DNA of 64,000 bases from a virus (Duplodnaviria > Heunggongvirae > Uroviricota > Caudoviricetes). The position numbers and the translations under genes are program-made. The stretch is taken from IMG/VR virus record IMGVR_UViG_3300021138_000004, one strand, 5' to 3'. The notes beneath the pieces are model-generated. The model saw nothing but the letters and a program-made list of their open reading frames with translations, was not told where the DNA came from and did no database searches. Within the stretch, counting starts at the first letter, position 1. Each line of letters begins with the position of its first letter. Below, one piece after another: positions 27,336 to 36,252 of the stretch.

Positions 27336-28034
27336 CTAGTCAATAACAAAACCCGAGGTGTCCTTGCGAGCATGACCCTTGGCCTTCAAACCGATCACGC
27401 ATTGCGTGTGATTAAGGAAGCGAAAATCGTCCTCGTCGCCGTCGACCACAGGCAAGCCCAGGTGCGTTGTGGGCAAAACCTTACGGAACACCGTTGCGAC
27501 ATTGTAACCCTGCTTGACAGCTTCGACAACGTCAGCAAGATTGCCGTCTGCCTGCGAGAATGTCAAGTGATAGTTTGGCAATGCGGCGGTCTTGCGACCC
27601 AGGATCTTGGTATAGTCGTAGAACTGCACCGTCGGAAACTCTTGGATGATGCCATACTTCTCCCAGGCAATGTCCGAAGTGCCGTTCAACCGAAACACCG
27701 GCACCATGTCCTTCTTTGCAGCCTGCTTGATGGCCTTGGCAATGTCTTCCTTGAGTTGAGCAACAAAGCCCGCCCGATCTTCCACGAAGAAGCGAGTCTT
27801 GCGCTTGCGAGCTTCCTGCACATGATTGGTGGTCATTCCGGGTTTGAACATACCACCTTGACCGGCAGTATTGAGGCAAGCGGCCTTGCATCCAGCAGTG
27901 GCCTTCGGACACATATTGCCTACGCCGGCTACATCGCTGGGCGAGAGATGCAGAATGTAGGTGGAATAATTCTTTTCGAGACTTTTTGCGGTTTTCGGGT
28001 TGCCATTAGGCTGAGTAAGAAGTTTGAAAGTCAA
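27336..28034 (-). CDS. hypothetical protein (232 aa; TTG start, Cys cluster CPKATAGCKAAC)
   Basis: ORF track; AGGAG 6 nt upstream of TTG. Confidence 0.55.
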   Translation of the reverse strand: MTFKLLTQPNGNPKTAKSLEKNYSTYILHLSPSDVAGVGNMCPKATAGCKAACLNTAGQGGMFKPGMTTNHVQEARKRKTRFFVEDRAGFVAQLKEDIAKAIKQAAKKDMVPVFRLNGTSDIAWEKYGIIQEFPTVQFYDYTKILGRKTAALPNYHLTFSQADGNLADVVEAVKQGYNVATVFRKVLPTTHLGLPVVDGDEDDFRFLNHTQCVIGLKAKGHARKDTSGFVID

Positions 28035-28172
28035 TCGAATCTCCTGTGCAGCGGTTGTTGATTAACGGTATAAAAGAGTTTCAACATACTGTCAAGAGGT
28101 ATTTTGATAAATAAGTATGGTTCGCGGAACGGGAATTCCCAACCACTCTAAAACTGATTAGGAGTTTCAGCC

Positions 28173-28808
28173 ATGTCTATTTATTACACTTACCATCTAT
28201 ATCACAAGCTAACTGACAAAAATTATTATGGAGTCAGGTATGCAAAAGGATGTCACCCTTCTGATCTATGGACAATTTATTTCTCATCTTCTAAAGAAGT
28301 GCGTAAACTTATCGAAGAACACGGTAGAGATTCATTCGTAGCACAAGTTCGAAAAACTTTTCCTACTAAAGATGCAGCCATAGAATGGGAAACCCGGTTT
28401 CTGCGAAAAATTAACGCTGCTAATAATGACCGATGGTTAAACCGATCAAACGGTGATAAAAATTTCAGAGGGACAGGATTGTCTAGTGATAAACAACGTC
28501 GAGCGTCTAGTAAAGCAAATAAAGGAAAAATCGTTAGCGAAGAGACTCGTCAAAAAATACGAGATGCCCGAAAACGGCAGGCTCCGCCTAGTGAAGAAAC
28601 TCGTCGTAAAATCAGTGAGTCGAACAAAAATCGAGTGCATAGCGAAGAGACTCGCCGAAAACTAAGTGACGCTCAAAAAGGTCGCGTTTTCAGTAAAGAG
28701 TCTCGTGCTAAAATGAGTGAAGCAAGAAGAAACATTACTGAAGAAACGCGACTTAAATTGAGTTTGGCAAAAAAAGGCCAAATTCCTTGGAATAAAGGTA
28801 AAAAATGA
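28173..28808 (+). CDS. GIY-YIG (Seg-like) homing endonuclease with NUMOD3 repeats
   Basis: MSIYYTYHLYHKLTDKNYYGVRYA; repeated SEETRQKIRDARK units; close paralog of 46744..47424. Confidence 0.8.
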   Translation: MSIYYTYHLYHKLTDKNYYGVRYAKGCHPSDLWTIYFSSSKEVRKLIEEHGRDSFVAQVRKTFPTKDAAIEWETRFLRKINAANNDRWLNRSNGDKNFRGTGLSSDKQRRASSKANKGKIVSEETRQKIRDARKRQAPPSEETRRKISESNKNRVHSEETRRKLSDAQKGRVFSKESRAKMSEARRNITEETRLKLSLAKKGQIPWNKGKK

Positions 28809-28833
28809 AAAAATAATAGAAAATTAAAATCTA

Positions 28834-29727
28834 TTATTTTTTAAGGGCATACATAAAATCTTTTGGGATAGCACCACTTGCTTGGAACGGTGCAGTCATC
28901 ATCACGTTGCTGGAGGCCTTGGCGGCCTGAGCTGCCAACGCCTTGGCCTTTTCAACGGCCATCTTCGCAGGTTCGACTCTCTGCGGATCCCCGGTAGGAA
29001 GATCGGTTTCTACCATAGTCCAAACCTGGCCCAGCACTGGGGTAACGTCCCACGGTGAGCGGCGAATCCAATACTTCTCATTGATGGGGATTGCCAAACT
29101 GTCAACCATATTGGCAAAAACCGAATCAAGCCCCACAAAGATCTCTGCCCCTTCCAAAATTGGAATCCAATCAAAAATGCTCCAACCCAAATGTTGGTCG
29201 ATGTCCACAATCTGTGTCCCCACAGGTATCCAACTGAGATCTAGGTCTACGCGCCCGGAACTGCCGGTAAGATGGACAACGGCATATGGTTTGGAAAGTT
29301 GCAGTTTGCTTTGCAGCTCGGATTCACGGTTTTCATTTCTGGTGATACAATCGGCGAGTGTCCACTTTTTGGTAAATGGAACTTGGCTGACCCAATACTT
29401 ATATTGGTCGAACTTCAACACTGCGAACAGTTCTGGATCGGTTAGTTCTGGCATTGAGCTCAGATATTGGTAGAGGTAAAGTTGATCCTCTTCTGGAATT
29501 CCTTCTTTGGCCAATGCTGCTCGCGGACCATCCAGGAAGAATAGGCCCTGTGGATCTGTGGTAAGCGGAATCCAGTTGACCCAAGGAACGTTATCTACAA
29601 ACGAACTGTGAAATTCCTCACAGATGGGCCAGTAGATTTCGTCACCTAGGTCGTGGTAATGTTTTGCGATCGGCAATGCAATAATAATATCACCTAGACC
29701 GCGACTTTGAATAATTCCTCGTTTCAT
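28834..29727 (-). CDS. putative GT-B glycosyltransferase (GT9-like N-terminus)
   Basis: MKRGIIQSRGLGDIIIALPIAKHY resembles the RxxxLGD N-terminus of heptosyltransferase-type GT-B enzymes; start moved from track 29766 to MKRG. Confidence 0.45.
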   Translation of the reverse strand: MKRGIIQSRGLGDIIIALPIAKHYHDLGDEIYWPICEEFHSSFVDNVPWVNWIPLTTDPQGLFFLDGPRAALAKEGIPEEDQLYLYQYLSSMPELTDPELFAVLKFDQYKYWVSQVPFTKKWTLADCITRNENRESELQSKLQLSKPYAVVHLTGSSGRVDLDLSWIPVGTQIVDIDQHLGWSIFDWIPILEGAEIFVGLDSVFANMVDSLAIPINEKYWIRRSPWDVTPVLGQVWTMVETDLPTGDPQRVEPAKMAVEKAKALAAQAAKASSNVMMTAPFQASGAIPKDFMYALKK

Positions 29728-29728
29728 T

Positions 29729-29872
29729 CTACATCCTAAAAAAGCTGACCAGTGAGCCCGGCCCATACATATGCTCGACCAGCGACCTAACTTCGCTGTC
29801 GTAGTCAGCGTTAACCATAATAGTTGCGCGCTGGGTTTCAGTAAGACGAACGATTGCCCTATAACGATTCAT
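29729..29872 (-). CDS. small ORF (47 aa)
   Basis: ATG ORF ending 2 nt before the glycosyltransferase start; weak support. Confidence 0.3.
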   Translation of the reverse strand: MNRYRAIVRLTETQRATIMVNADYDSEVRSLVEHMYGPGSLVSFFRM

Positions 29873-29946
29873 TGTTCATGTCCTTTGTATGTATGTGTAC
29901 ACATATTTGATATATGCGCGAGCACACTGTATGCTCGTACTTACGC

Positions 29947-30216
29947 ACAGCGGGGTCTTTGCACACGGCGTTCTGGCCCAGCGTTGTCTAAGTTCCTGCA
30001 GTATATGATAGCGCACATCATAGGTCAAGCATTAATTTGCACACGCTTGCTCATACACACAACAAGTTACAGCGGGGTCTTTAGCGTTAATGGTAAACAT
30101 ATGCACTTGACACGGAATAAGTGCGTATATATAATGCAGGCATACACATCACATCCGTGGTGTGGTTTCAACCTAGATTTATGTGTGAACACGCATAAAG
30201 TTACAGCGGGGTCTTT
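29947..30216 (+). repeat. three copies of 14-bp motif ACAGCGGGGTCTTT spaced about 122 and 134 bp apart in the divergent control region
   Basis: copies at 29947, 30069 and 30203; further copies at 1975 and 3133. Confidence 0.6.
30107..30135 (+). promoter_or_regulatory. consensus sigma70 promoter TTGACA-17-TATAAT heading the rightward block
   Basis: ttgaca cggaataagtgcgtata tataat on the plus strand. Confidence 0.6.
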
Positions 30217-30221
30217 ACATT

Positions 30222-30386
30222 ATGAGTAAGATTGCTATCATTTCGATCACTGTTATCCTTTCTGTGACCTTCGGCGGAGCGTTTGCGCTCGCAGCTTGGG
30301 AAGATCATGTTCGAGGACAATGCCGCGCTGCATATGCTACATCCACTCGTAGTGTAGTTGAAATCCAAGCTATCTGCGGAAATTAA
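30222..30386 (+). CDS. small membrane protein (54 aa)
   Basis: ATG 5 nt after the GGGGTCTTT motif; hydrophobic IAIISITVILSVTFGGAFALAAW. Confidence 0.4.
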   Translation: MSKIAIISITVILSVTFGGAFALAAWEDHVRGQCRAAYATSTRSVVEIQAICGN

Positions 30387-30517
30387 CATGACTGTTGACT
30401 ACGAGGCGCTGTGGAGAAAGTTGCACCTTAACGGTAATTACGGGCAGCTACCGAAAAGGATTTATTGATGGCTCGCCTGCGCTTTTCTGATTTGTGTGTT
30501 CCTGAGCCTGTGTTCTA

Positions 30518-30727
30518 ATGCCTTTTAGTCCCATGGATCAAAATGATAACGCTACCGTTGAGAAGCGGTATGTCAATTGCATTTATAAAATCACAGTTAA
30601 AGAATTTTTTATTCCAGACTGTGATTGGATGGCAACACAGATGAAAGGCAGATGGTATGGGCGAAGCCGGTATTTTATATTTGAGCTAGAGAAGGACGCT
30701 GTCCTATTTGCGTTAAAATACTCATGA
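30518..30727 (+). CDS. small protein, divergent member of the C-terminal-tail family (ends LFALKYS)
   Basis: ORF track. Confidence 0.5.
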   Translation: MPFSPMDQNDNATVEKRYVNCIYKITVKEFFIPDCDWMATQMKGRWYGRSRYFIFELEKDAVLFALKYS

Positions 30728-30737
30728 GAGGACAATA

Positions 30738-30989
30738 ATGGTAAAGATTATTCATGTCAATCGACAGCACATTGCTATGAACGCAAAAGATGGAAAGAAT
30801 CGTCCAGTCTATACAGTCAAAGACCGTGGACAAACAAGGTATGCTCGTGAGGTTATTATCAACGGACCATCACGGTTAGTGTACAGTGGGCAGCAGCTCA
30901 CTTGTGGTGCAAGGGCTTGGATCGAAACTGATTCTGATCTTGTTCTCGTTGATGAAATGACTTTTAAGGAGGCACGAAATAATGATTAA
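30738..30989 (+). CDS. hypothetical protein (83 aa)
   Basis: ORF track; GAGAGG RBS. Confidence 0.6.
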   Translation: MVKIIHVNRQHIAMNAKDGKNRPVYTVKDRGQTRYAREVIINGPSRLVYSGQQLTCGARAWIETDSDLVLVDEMTFKEARNND

Positions 30990-31329
30990 TTATCGACTAG
31001 TTAGACAGGCTGCCAAGGAAGTATCTATCGATGCAGCAAAACTTATCAGTGTGGTATCTGCATTCATTGGCTTAATCTTTGGACTAGCTTGGACATTGTA
31101 TGCAGGGCATTATTGGGTTGCTCCTGTGGTTCTGGCCACAGTAGCTTTGGGAATGTTCACTTACCGTCGCTATAAAGAGCTACACGCACGCGATCTCAAG
31201 GAAAAAGAAAAGGTCCTCGAAGCATTGCGCCGAAGTGAAGATGCTGCCATGCAACGGTCTCGATTGGACGCATTGAATGGTCGACACGCCACCGTAGCTT
31301 TCGTTGACTCTCTCAACACGCCATTCTAA
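30982..31329 (+). CDS. membrane protein (2 TM) with basic C-terminus
   Basis: ORF track. Confidence 0.6.
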   Translation: MINYRLVRQAAKEVSIDAAKLISVVSAFIGLIFGLAWTLYAGHYWVAPVVLATVALGMFTYRRYKELHARDLKEKEKVLEALRRSEDAAMQRSRLDALNGRHATVAFVDSLNTPF

Positions 31330-31392
31330 TAATCTAACCTAGGGCAAGATTAAAAAATAGTTAAATACTCCTATATTAGGTTGGAGTACAAC

Positions 31393-31524
31393 ATGACTAT
31401 TCTTCATTTAGTTGCCCTAGGTTGGATTCTTGCAGTGCTAGGAATATCTCTTAGCACAGTTAAACAAATGTGTTGCGCTCGTCGCGATGCAATATGTCAG
31501 ATCGAAGATGAATCTGCAAAGTAA
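31393..31524 (+). CDS. small membrane protein (43 aa)
   Basis: GGAG RBS; hydrophobic ILHLVALGWILAVLGISL. Confidence 0.4.
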   Translation: MTILHLVALGWILAVLGISLSTVKQMCCARRDAICQIEDESAK

Positions 31525-31735
31525 TCGCTTTCCATATCAAACAAAAAATCCATGGCCATTCTCTTCTCACTACGGTGATTGGACTAAAGCAGTGACAGAT
31601 CTCGAAACATGGTTAGAAAACTATGTAGGAGATTGTATGGTACAGTGGGCATGGTGCGGTGGACAATTGCTCGAGAACCTGATCTTATCTTATTTCTACT
31701 CCGCTGGAGTTGACATTAACACATTTTTATGTTAA
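31487..31735 (+). CDS. hypothetical protein (start uncertain)
   Basis: ORF track; overlaps preceding small ORF. Confidence 0.4.
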   Translation: MQYVRSKMNLQSNRFPYQTKNPWPFSSHYGDWTKAVTDLETWLENYVGDCMVQWAWCGGQLLENLILSYFYSAGVDINTFLC

Positions 31736-31758
31736 TATGATCTCATTACGGAGTAACT

Positions 31759-32175
31759 ATGACTGAAGTAGAGCAGATAATGAGCGGAATCAAACAAGCA
31801 CTTGACCAAGCAACGCAAACATCGTTGTTTGATTATAATGTCGTTTGCAGTGTAGATGATGCAACTGCTAATGTTGATGTATTTTTTACTCCAGCAACAC
31901 CTGTTCAGTGGATAGATGTGCGTACTTTTATTAGTCCAGAGGGACCTATGCGATTAAAGTGGCGAAAATTAGAAGGTAAAAAACGAACTTTAGAATGTAG
32001 TTTGCATTATGAGCACAATCCTGAGGTGTTTACACCTACGGGATTGCGTGACGAACATCTTGACCCGGTTCTGGTATGGTGCAGGGATAACAACTGTGGA
32101 TATCGTACTAGCTACAATCATTTTGCATTTGACACAGACAAGCAAATGACATTGTTTTTATTGAGGTGGGCGTGA
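31759..32175 (+). CDS. C-terminal-tail family member 1 (ends DKQMTLFLLRWA)
   Basis: ORF track; stop overlaps next GTG start. Confidence 0.65.
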   Translation: MTEVEQIMSGIKQALDQATQTSLFDYNVVCSVDDATANVDVFFTPATPVQWIDVRTFISPEGPMRLKWRKLEGKKRTLECSLHYEHNPEVFTPTGLRDEHLDPVLVWCRDNNCGYRTSYNHFAFDTDKQMTLFLLRWA

Positions 32176-32384
32176 CGCGGATCTGTATCACTGATCATCG
32201 TATTATGAAAAGCGCAGAAACAGAAATTGTTGAATTCTTTGAACAGTATGTTGGTCCTTTAGTTGACTCTGCCTCTGATGGACTCCACGGTCAAGGATGG
32301 AGCATTCTTGTTGAAGAGGACGAGTGGTATCTCAAAGTCGACGATGAACAGTTAATGACGTTGGTTCTACTGAAATGGTCATGA
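32166..32384 (+). CDS. family member 2 (GTG start; ends EQLMTLVLLKWS)
   Basis: ORF track; GTGA start/stop overlap. Confidence 0.6.
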   Translation: MGVTRICITDHRIMKSAETEIVEFFEQYVGPLVDSASDGLHGQGWSILVEEDEWYLKVDDEQLMTLVLLKWS

Positions 32385-32596
32385 CATACCGAGTAACTTT
32401 TCGTGAAGGTGAAGAACCTGATTGGTATGTGAAAGCCTATGACATCGCTTGGGATAATAGATCTGGCTTCACTACATGGGCAAAAATTTGGAATGATTAT
32501 TATCCCGATACTAAGCTGAGCCATTCTGTCAGAGACATCGCGGTTACCTTTGAATCTGAGCAGGCATTTACCATGTTTTTATTGAGATGGGTATGA
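32375..32596 (+). CDS. family member 3 (ends EQAFTMFLLRWV)
   Basis: ORF track; ATGA overlap. Confidence 0.6.
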   Translation: MVMTYRVTFREGEEPDWYVKAYDIAWDNRSGFTTWAKIWNDYYPDTKLSHSVRDIAVTFESEQAFTMFLLRWV

Positions 32597-32802
32597 TCAT
32601 TGTTTCAGAACACCGTTGTCAAACGGCAGTTAACAAAATTAAAAAGCAGATTCCGACGGTTGTGTCTTTTTCTCAATTTGAAAGTGAGTTCAAAAGAATT
32701 ACAGGCGTACATTGTTTCCATACTTGTACTGTTGCCAACGAACTAATGCTAAGATTTGACAAAGAAGTAGATTTCACTATGTTTTTATTGAAGTGGTCAT
32801 GA
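32587..32802 (+). CDS. family member 4 (ends VDFTMFLLKWS)
   Basis: ORF track. Confidence 0.6.
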   Translation: MGMIIVSEHRCQTAVNKIKKQIPTVVSFSQFESEFKRITGVHCFHTCTVANELMLRFDKEVDFTMFLLKWS

Positions 32803-32993
32803 TTAAAACAGTTACTAGAAAGCAGCATGAAAAAACAGCAATCGAGGAATGGTGTCGAGAAAACCTTGGCCCCGAAGGGTATCGCTGGTGGTTCAACTTT
32901 GACGATGTTCGTTACTGTCAAATTGCCTTTGAAGTTGAAGATGACCAACAAAAGTTTCTCACTATGTTTTGGATGAAATGGCCAGGTGATTAA
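32793..32993 (+). CDS. family member 5 (ends QKFLTMFWMKWPGD)
   Basis: ORF track. Confidence 0.6.
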   Translation: MVMIKTVTRKQHEKTAIEEWCRENLGPEGYRWWFNFDDVRYCQIAFEVEDDQQKFLTMFWMKWPGD

Positions 32994-33316
32994 TGCACGA
33001 TGATTTAGAAGAAATTATTAAAAAGCATATGATGGACAGTTTTCTTGCCACTACCATGAATGTAAACTTTGAGAAGATAATAATGTCTAAGAAATTCACC
33101 GCAGGAGAAGATAACCATACCGTGTTTAGCGGCGAGTTGCCTTACACTCTTACATTTGAAGGATATAGCAACCGTGAGGTTAAGGTCATGTTAGTGCAGA
33201 CATTGGGAACACAGAAGCAGCCTGTGATCTCTGGCCGATACTATTTGCATCCTGATGACGTTATCTATTTCCGCAGTGCAGCTGATCGTACTATGTTTGT
33301 ATTAAAGTGGGCCTAA
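32993..33316 (+). CDS. family member 6 (ends ADRTMFVLKWA)
   Basis: ORF track. Confidence 0.6.
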   Translation: MHDDLEEIIKKHMMDSFLATTMNVNFEKIIMSKKFTAGEDNHTVFSGELPYTLTFEGYSNREVKVMLVQTLGTQKQPVISGRYYLHPDDVIYFRSAADRTMFVLKWA

Positions 33317-33705
33317 TGAATTTTTTAGAAGCTCTTGAATCCCGATGGAGGGGCAAGCGAGAAAAAAGGTTCCTGGCCGAATACGGCTGCGAAACTTGGG
33401 AACAGTATCATCGCAAGTATGATCCTGACTTCAGCTACATGTCCACAAAAATCAAAAGTATCTATCACGGATATGCACACATCGCTATTCCTGATGAACG
33501 AAGATATCGTTGGGATGAATATGATACAATAGTTGACTGGTGCAAAGAACGGTGTGTTGGCAAATGGCGGAGTGATGTACATCGAGTAATCTACGACAAA
33601 TGGAACGGTGGCTGGGAATTAAATGGCATCGGCGGCGCCGATTACATGTTTTTCGCGTTCAAAGATCCCAAGGACGCTACTCTGTTTCTTCTACGCTGGT
33701 CCTAG
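33307..33705 (+). CDS. family member 7 (ends PKDATLFLLRWS)
   Basis: ORF track. Confidence 0.65.
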   Translation: MGLMNFLEALESRWRGKREKRFLAEYGCETWEQYHRKYDPDFSYMSTKIKSIYHGYAHIAIPDERRYRWDEYDTIVDWCKERCVGKWRSDVHRVIYDKWNGGWELNGIGGADYMFFAFKDPKDATLFLLRWS

Positions 33706-33706
33706 G

Positions 33707-33736
33707 TTGACAACTAGGTAACTCCTGCGCTATACT
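33707..33736 (+). promoter_or_regulatory. internal sigma70-like promoter TTGACA-18-TATACT within the array
   Basis: plus strand. Confidence 0.45.
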
Positions 33737-33807
33737 TTCCTTGTAAATTTAAAGGATCTATCTATGATTTTGCGTTTTATCGAATTAAATGAACGGTATA
33801 ACCCATT

Positions 33808-33990
33808 TTGTATTTTTGTAAGGTGGGTGTTGAAATGACGTTCCAGTTTGTAGCAGGGTTTGCCTGTGGTGCATTATTGTTTGATCTAATGTGGCGATGG
33901 TTATTTCATCGTTGGATGGCCATTTATGCTAGGCAGCAAGAACATTCAAAGTGGATGCGTAGTCGAATATTCGACGACGATTTAAAATGA
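33808..33990 (+). CDS. small membrane protein
   Basis: ORF track; hydrophobic FVAGFACGALLFDLMW. Confidence 0.5.
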   Translation: MYFCKVGVEMTFQFVAGFACGALLFDLMWRWLFHRWMAIYARQQEHSKWMRSRIFDDDLK

Positions 33991-34382
33991 CCGGTAGGTA
34001 CTATGGTGATGGTTCAACCTATCCATGGTATGCGCCCGCCGGATACATAAGACAACACCAAGCTCACTTGAAAGCACTAAAAATGTCGGAAACTGATTCA
34101 ATTATACGCGCATCAAAGAACTTTACTATGATTAAAAGTGTGCATCGTCACCAGAGTGGCAGGGGTGCTCGTTTTCAGAATCACAAAGTTACCAGCTATA
34201 AGATTGCTGCCAATTATTTTATCATGAGTGAAGACCAGCTACAGTCACGATATGCCGAAATATCTGCACTAATAAAAGCAGACTTTGATCGCAACGGACC
34301 CAACGGCCGTACTACATGGAAGTTCTATAATCAGCGAGATGCTGACAAGGCTTGGGTATTACTGGGGTTGAAGTACTCGTGA
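33987..34382 (+). CDS. family member 8 (divergent tail ends KAWVLLGLKYS)
   Basis: ORF track. Confidence 0.55.
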   Translation: MTGRYYGDGSTYPWYAPAGYIRQHQAHLKALKMSETDSIIRASKNFTMIKSVHRHQSGRGARFQNHKVTSYKIAANYFIMSEDQLQSRYAEISALIKADFDRNGPNGRTTWKFYNQRDADKAWVLLGLKYS

Positions 34383-34567
34383 TCAACATCGGCTCATTGC
34401 ACATGGACATAGATTATACCTATATTGAAATAGGTGAGATCACTGAGCCGATGTTCGATTGGCTCAATAGCAGCAACTCTGGCAAAGGTCATTTTGGCCT
34501 AGGCGGACACGGAGTCTATTTTGAACTAGCAGAAGATGCAACTTGGTTTGCAATGAAGTGGAGTTAA
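34379..34567 (+). CDS. family member 9 (ends AEDATWFAMKWS; GTG start overlapping the upstream TGA)
   Basis: track ORF 34352..34567 begins with TTG; GTG/TGA overlap repeats the junction pattern seen at 32166. Confidence 0.45.
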   Translation: MINIGSLHMDIDYTYIEIGEITEPMFDWLNSSNSGKGHFGLGGHGVYFELAEDATWFAMKWS

Positions 34568-34568
34568 T

Positions 34569-34754
34569 ATGAATCGAAATCAACTAATGTTTGCGTGGAC
34601 CATGGTCATAATTGATATGTTTTGTCTAGTCGTGAGTAGTTTTAATTTCGGCTATTCTATTGAAAAGCATTCCTGGACGGGAATAATTGATCTGCTTCTG
34701 CTTCTTCTATGGGCTCGCTGGTTTATTCGAGATACAGAAAAGCTGCGTCGATGA
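34569..34754 (+). CDS. small membrane protein (61 aa)
   Basis: ORF track. Confidence 0.5.
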   Translation: MNRNQLMFAWTMVIIDMFCLVVSSFNFGYSIEKHSWTGIIDLLLLLLWARWFIRDTEKLRR

Positions 34755-35176
34755 CCGTCTCTAACGCTATACAACGCATCGGCCGTGGCATTCGTAACAA
34801 AGAGTTAACTGTATTCGTGGCTAACAACCCTACCGTTCTAAGTTATGTTACCGATGGCATTCTTCCGGAGTTTAAATCCGGATACCAACGTAATTTTACA
34901 CATGACCATTGGTGCTATAATAGCAACACCGATCGGTGGACTTTTCACAAGGGTAGACCCTACCACGAATATGTTGCGGGCAGTGATCGAATTCTTGCTC
35001 GTCGCGAGGATGGCACATTCTATTGGTACAAGAGGCGTGACATCACTACACCCTGTGAGATTGACGAAGCTGAACTCAAGAGTTTATTGTTTGTTATTCT
35101 TGGTGCGGAAGAAGTAAAGAAGACACGATGGCAACCGACATGGGTAACTGAAATCGATGCTTCCACCATTAAGTAA
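34751..35176 (+). CDS. hypothetical protein (start MTVSNAIQ, ATGA overlap)
   Basis: ORF track 34709..35176 trimmed to coupled ATG. Confidence 0.55.
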   Translation: MTVSNAIQRIGRGIRNKELTVFVANNPTVLSYVTDGILPEFKSGYQRNFTHDHWCYNSNTDRWTFHKGRPYHEYVAGSDRILARREDGTFYWYKRRDITTPCEIDEAELKSLLFVILGAEEVKKTRWQPTWVTEIDASTIK

Positions 35177-35504
35177 AGTTAGGAGAGTTATGCCAACGAC
35201 AATTTGGAATGGACCGGGTATTAAGCCACCACTTGTTCCGCCTAAGATTCCTATTGCACAGATGCGACAACGACGCAACCGTTACAGGTTAGTACGCCGC
35301 AGTGACAAGTGGGTAGTGCGGGCTCGATTCTTGGCAAATTATCCTGGACAGGAATGGTTAGAAAGTTCCGGAGCTATTGAGATAAGATGTCCTGTGAATA
35401 CTGATAGTGAATGGGTTTATTTCAGCGGTCCACAAAGATGGGACTTTGATTTTTGGTTTCGCACTCGAGGTGAAGCTATAATGTTTATGATGAGGTGTGA
35501 ATAA
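35157..35504 (+). CDS. family member 10 (ends RGEAIMFMMRCE)
   Basis: ORF track. Confidence 0.55.
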   Translation: MLPPLSKVRRVMPTTIWNGPGIKPPLVPPKIPIAQMRQRRNRYRLVRRSDKWVVRARFLANYPGQEWLESSGAIEIRCPVNTDSEWVYFSGPQRWDFDFWFRTRGEAIMFMMRCE

Positions 35505-35875
35505 TGCAACTAGCAATAGCAGACAACACAGGCAAAGTTTCTCTCTGGTGTTATCATGACGGCATGGACGAAGATGGCACTATTCATTTTTCAGTGATCA
35601 ATGGTGCATGGGCAGGCACATTCAAGGATAACACCGTATATGTTGAATACACTAAGGGAACATTTCCTGGTTTCCTAGTATGGGCAGGAATCGCAGGCCC
35701 TAAAGAACATGCAGACGGGCATTGGTCTAGATTTTCGGATAGTTACTACAATGAAGCCATTGCTTGGATTCAAGAACAGATCGCCGATCCTGAATACACA
35801 ATGATTCCCTATGAGCAGATCAAAGCCTATGAACCTGAGAAATATGAATTGGATGACGATGACGTCCCGTTCTGA
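35504..35875 (+). CDS. hypothetical acidic protein (123 aa)
   Basis: ORF track; ATAATG overlap. Confidence 0.6.
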   Translation: MQLAIADNTGKVSLWCYHDGMDEDGTIHFSVINGAWAGTFKDNTVYVEYTKGTFPGFLVWAGIAGPKEHADGHWSRFSDSYYNEAIAWIQEQIADPEYTMIPYEQIKAYEPEKYELDDDDVPF

Positions 35876-36227
35876 CGATATAATTATCACTCAATACAAG
35901 GGTAGAACTACAGCAGATGCAGGTGCATTCTATGCACCTTATGTTCCATTGGATGTTGGTAAAATGAAAATTGAAATTAGATACGACCGAGGAAACCCAT
36001 CAGGTTGGACTGATGATCTAGGAATCATTGCAGACACGAACCAGTGGGTTCAAGAACGTCTATCTGGTTGGTATGCTTGGATACATCATAGTCAAGCGAC
36101 GGAAGTACATGATTGGTGTGAACAGAATTTACAGGGTTATTGGACTCTTAGAGCTGGTACTCTTAAACGTGAACTATATATGAGTCTAGACAAAGACGTC
36201 ACACTATTTTCGTTAAAATGGTCTTAA
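35811..36227 (+). CDS. family member 11 (ends DKDVTLFSLKWS; true start probably a later in-frame ATG near 35853)
   Basis: ORF track. Confidence 0.5.
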   Translation: MSRSKPMNLRNMNWMTMTSRSDDIIITQYKGRTTADAGAFYAPYVPLDVGKMKIEIRYDRGNPSGWTDDLGIIADTNQWVQERLSGWYAWIHHSQATEVHDWCEQNLQGYWTLRAGTLKRELYMSLDKDVTLFSLKWS

Positions 36228-36252
36228 ATTATTAAAAATTAAAAGGATTAAT

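Noticed and set aside
27372-28061. 229-aa plus-strand ORF antisense to 27336..28034
   Set aside because: The minus-strand gene has AGGAG plus TTG initiation in the correct operon orientation. The plus ORF lacks start signals.
29771-30229. 152-aa plus-strand ORF across the divergent control region
   Set aside because: It covers the promoter elements and the three ACAGCGGGGTCTTT motifs. It has no RBS and a Cys/His-rich low-complexity translation.
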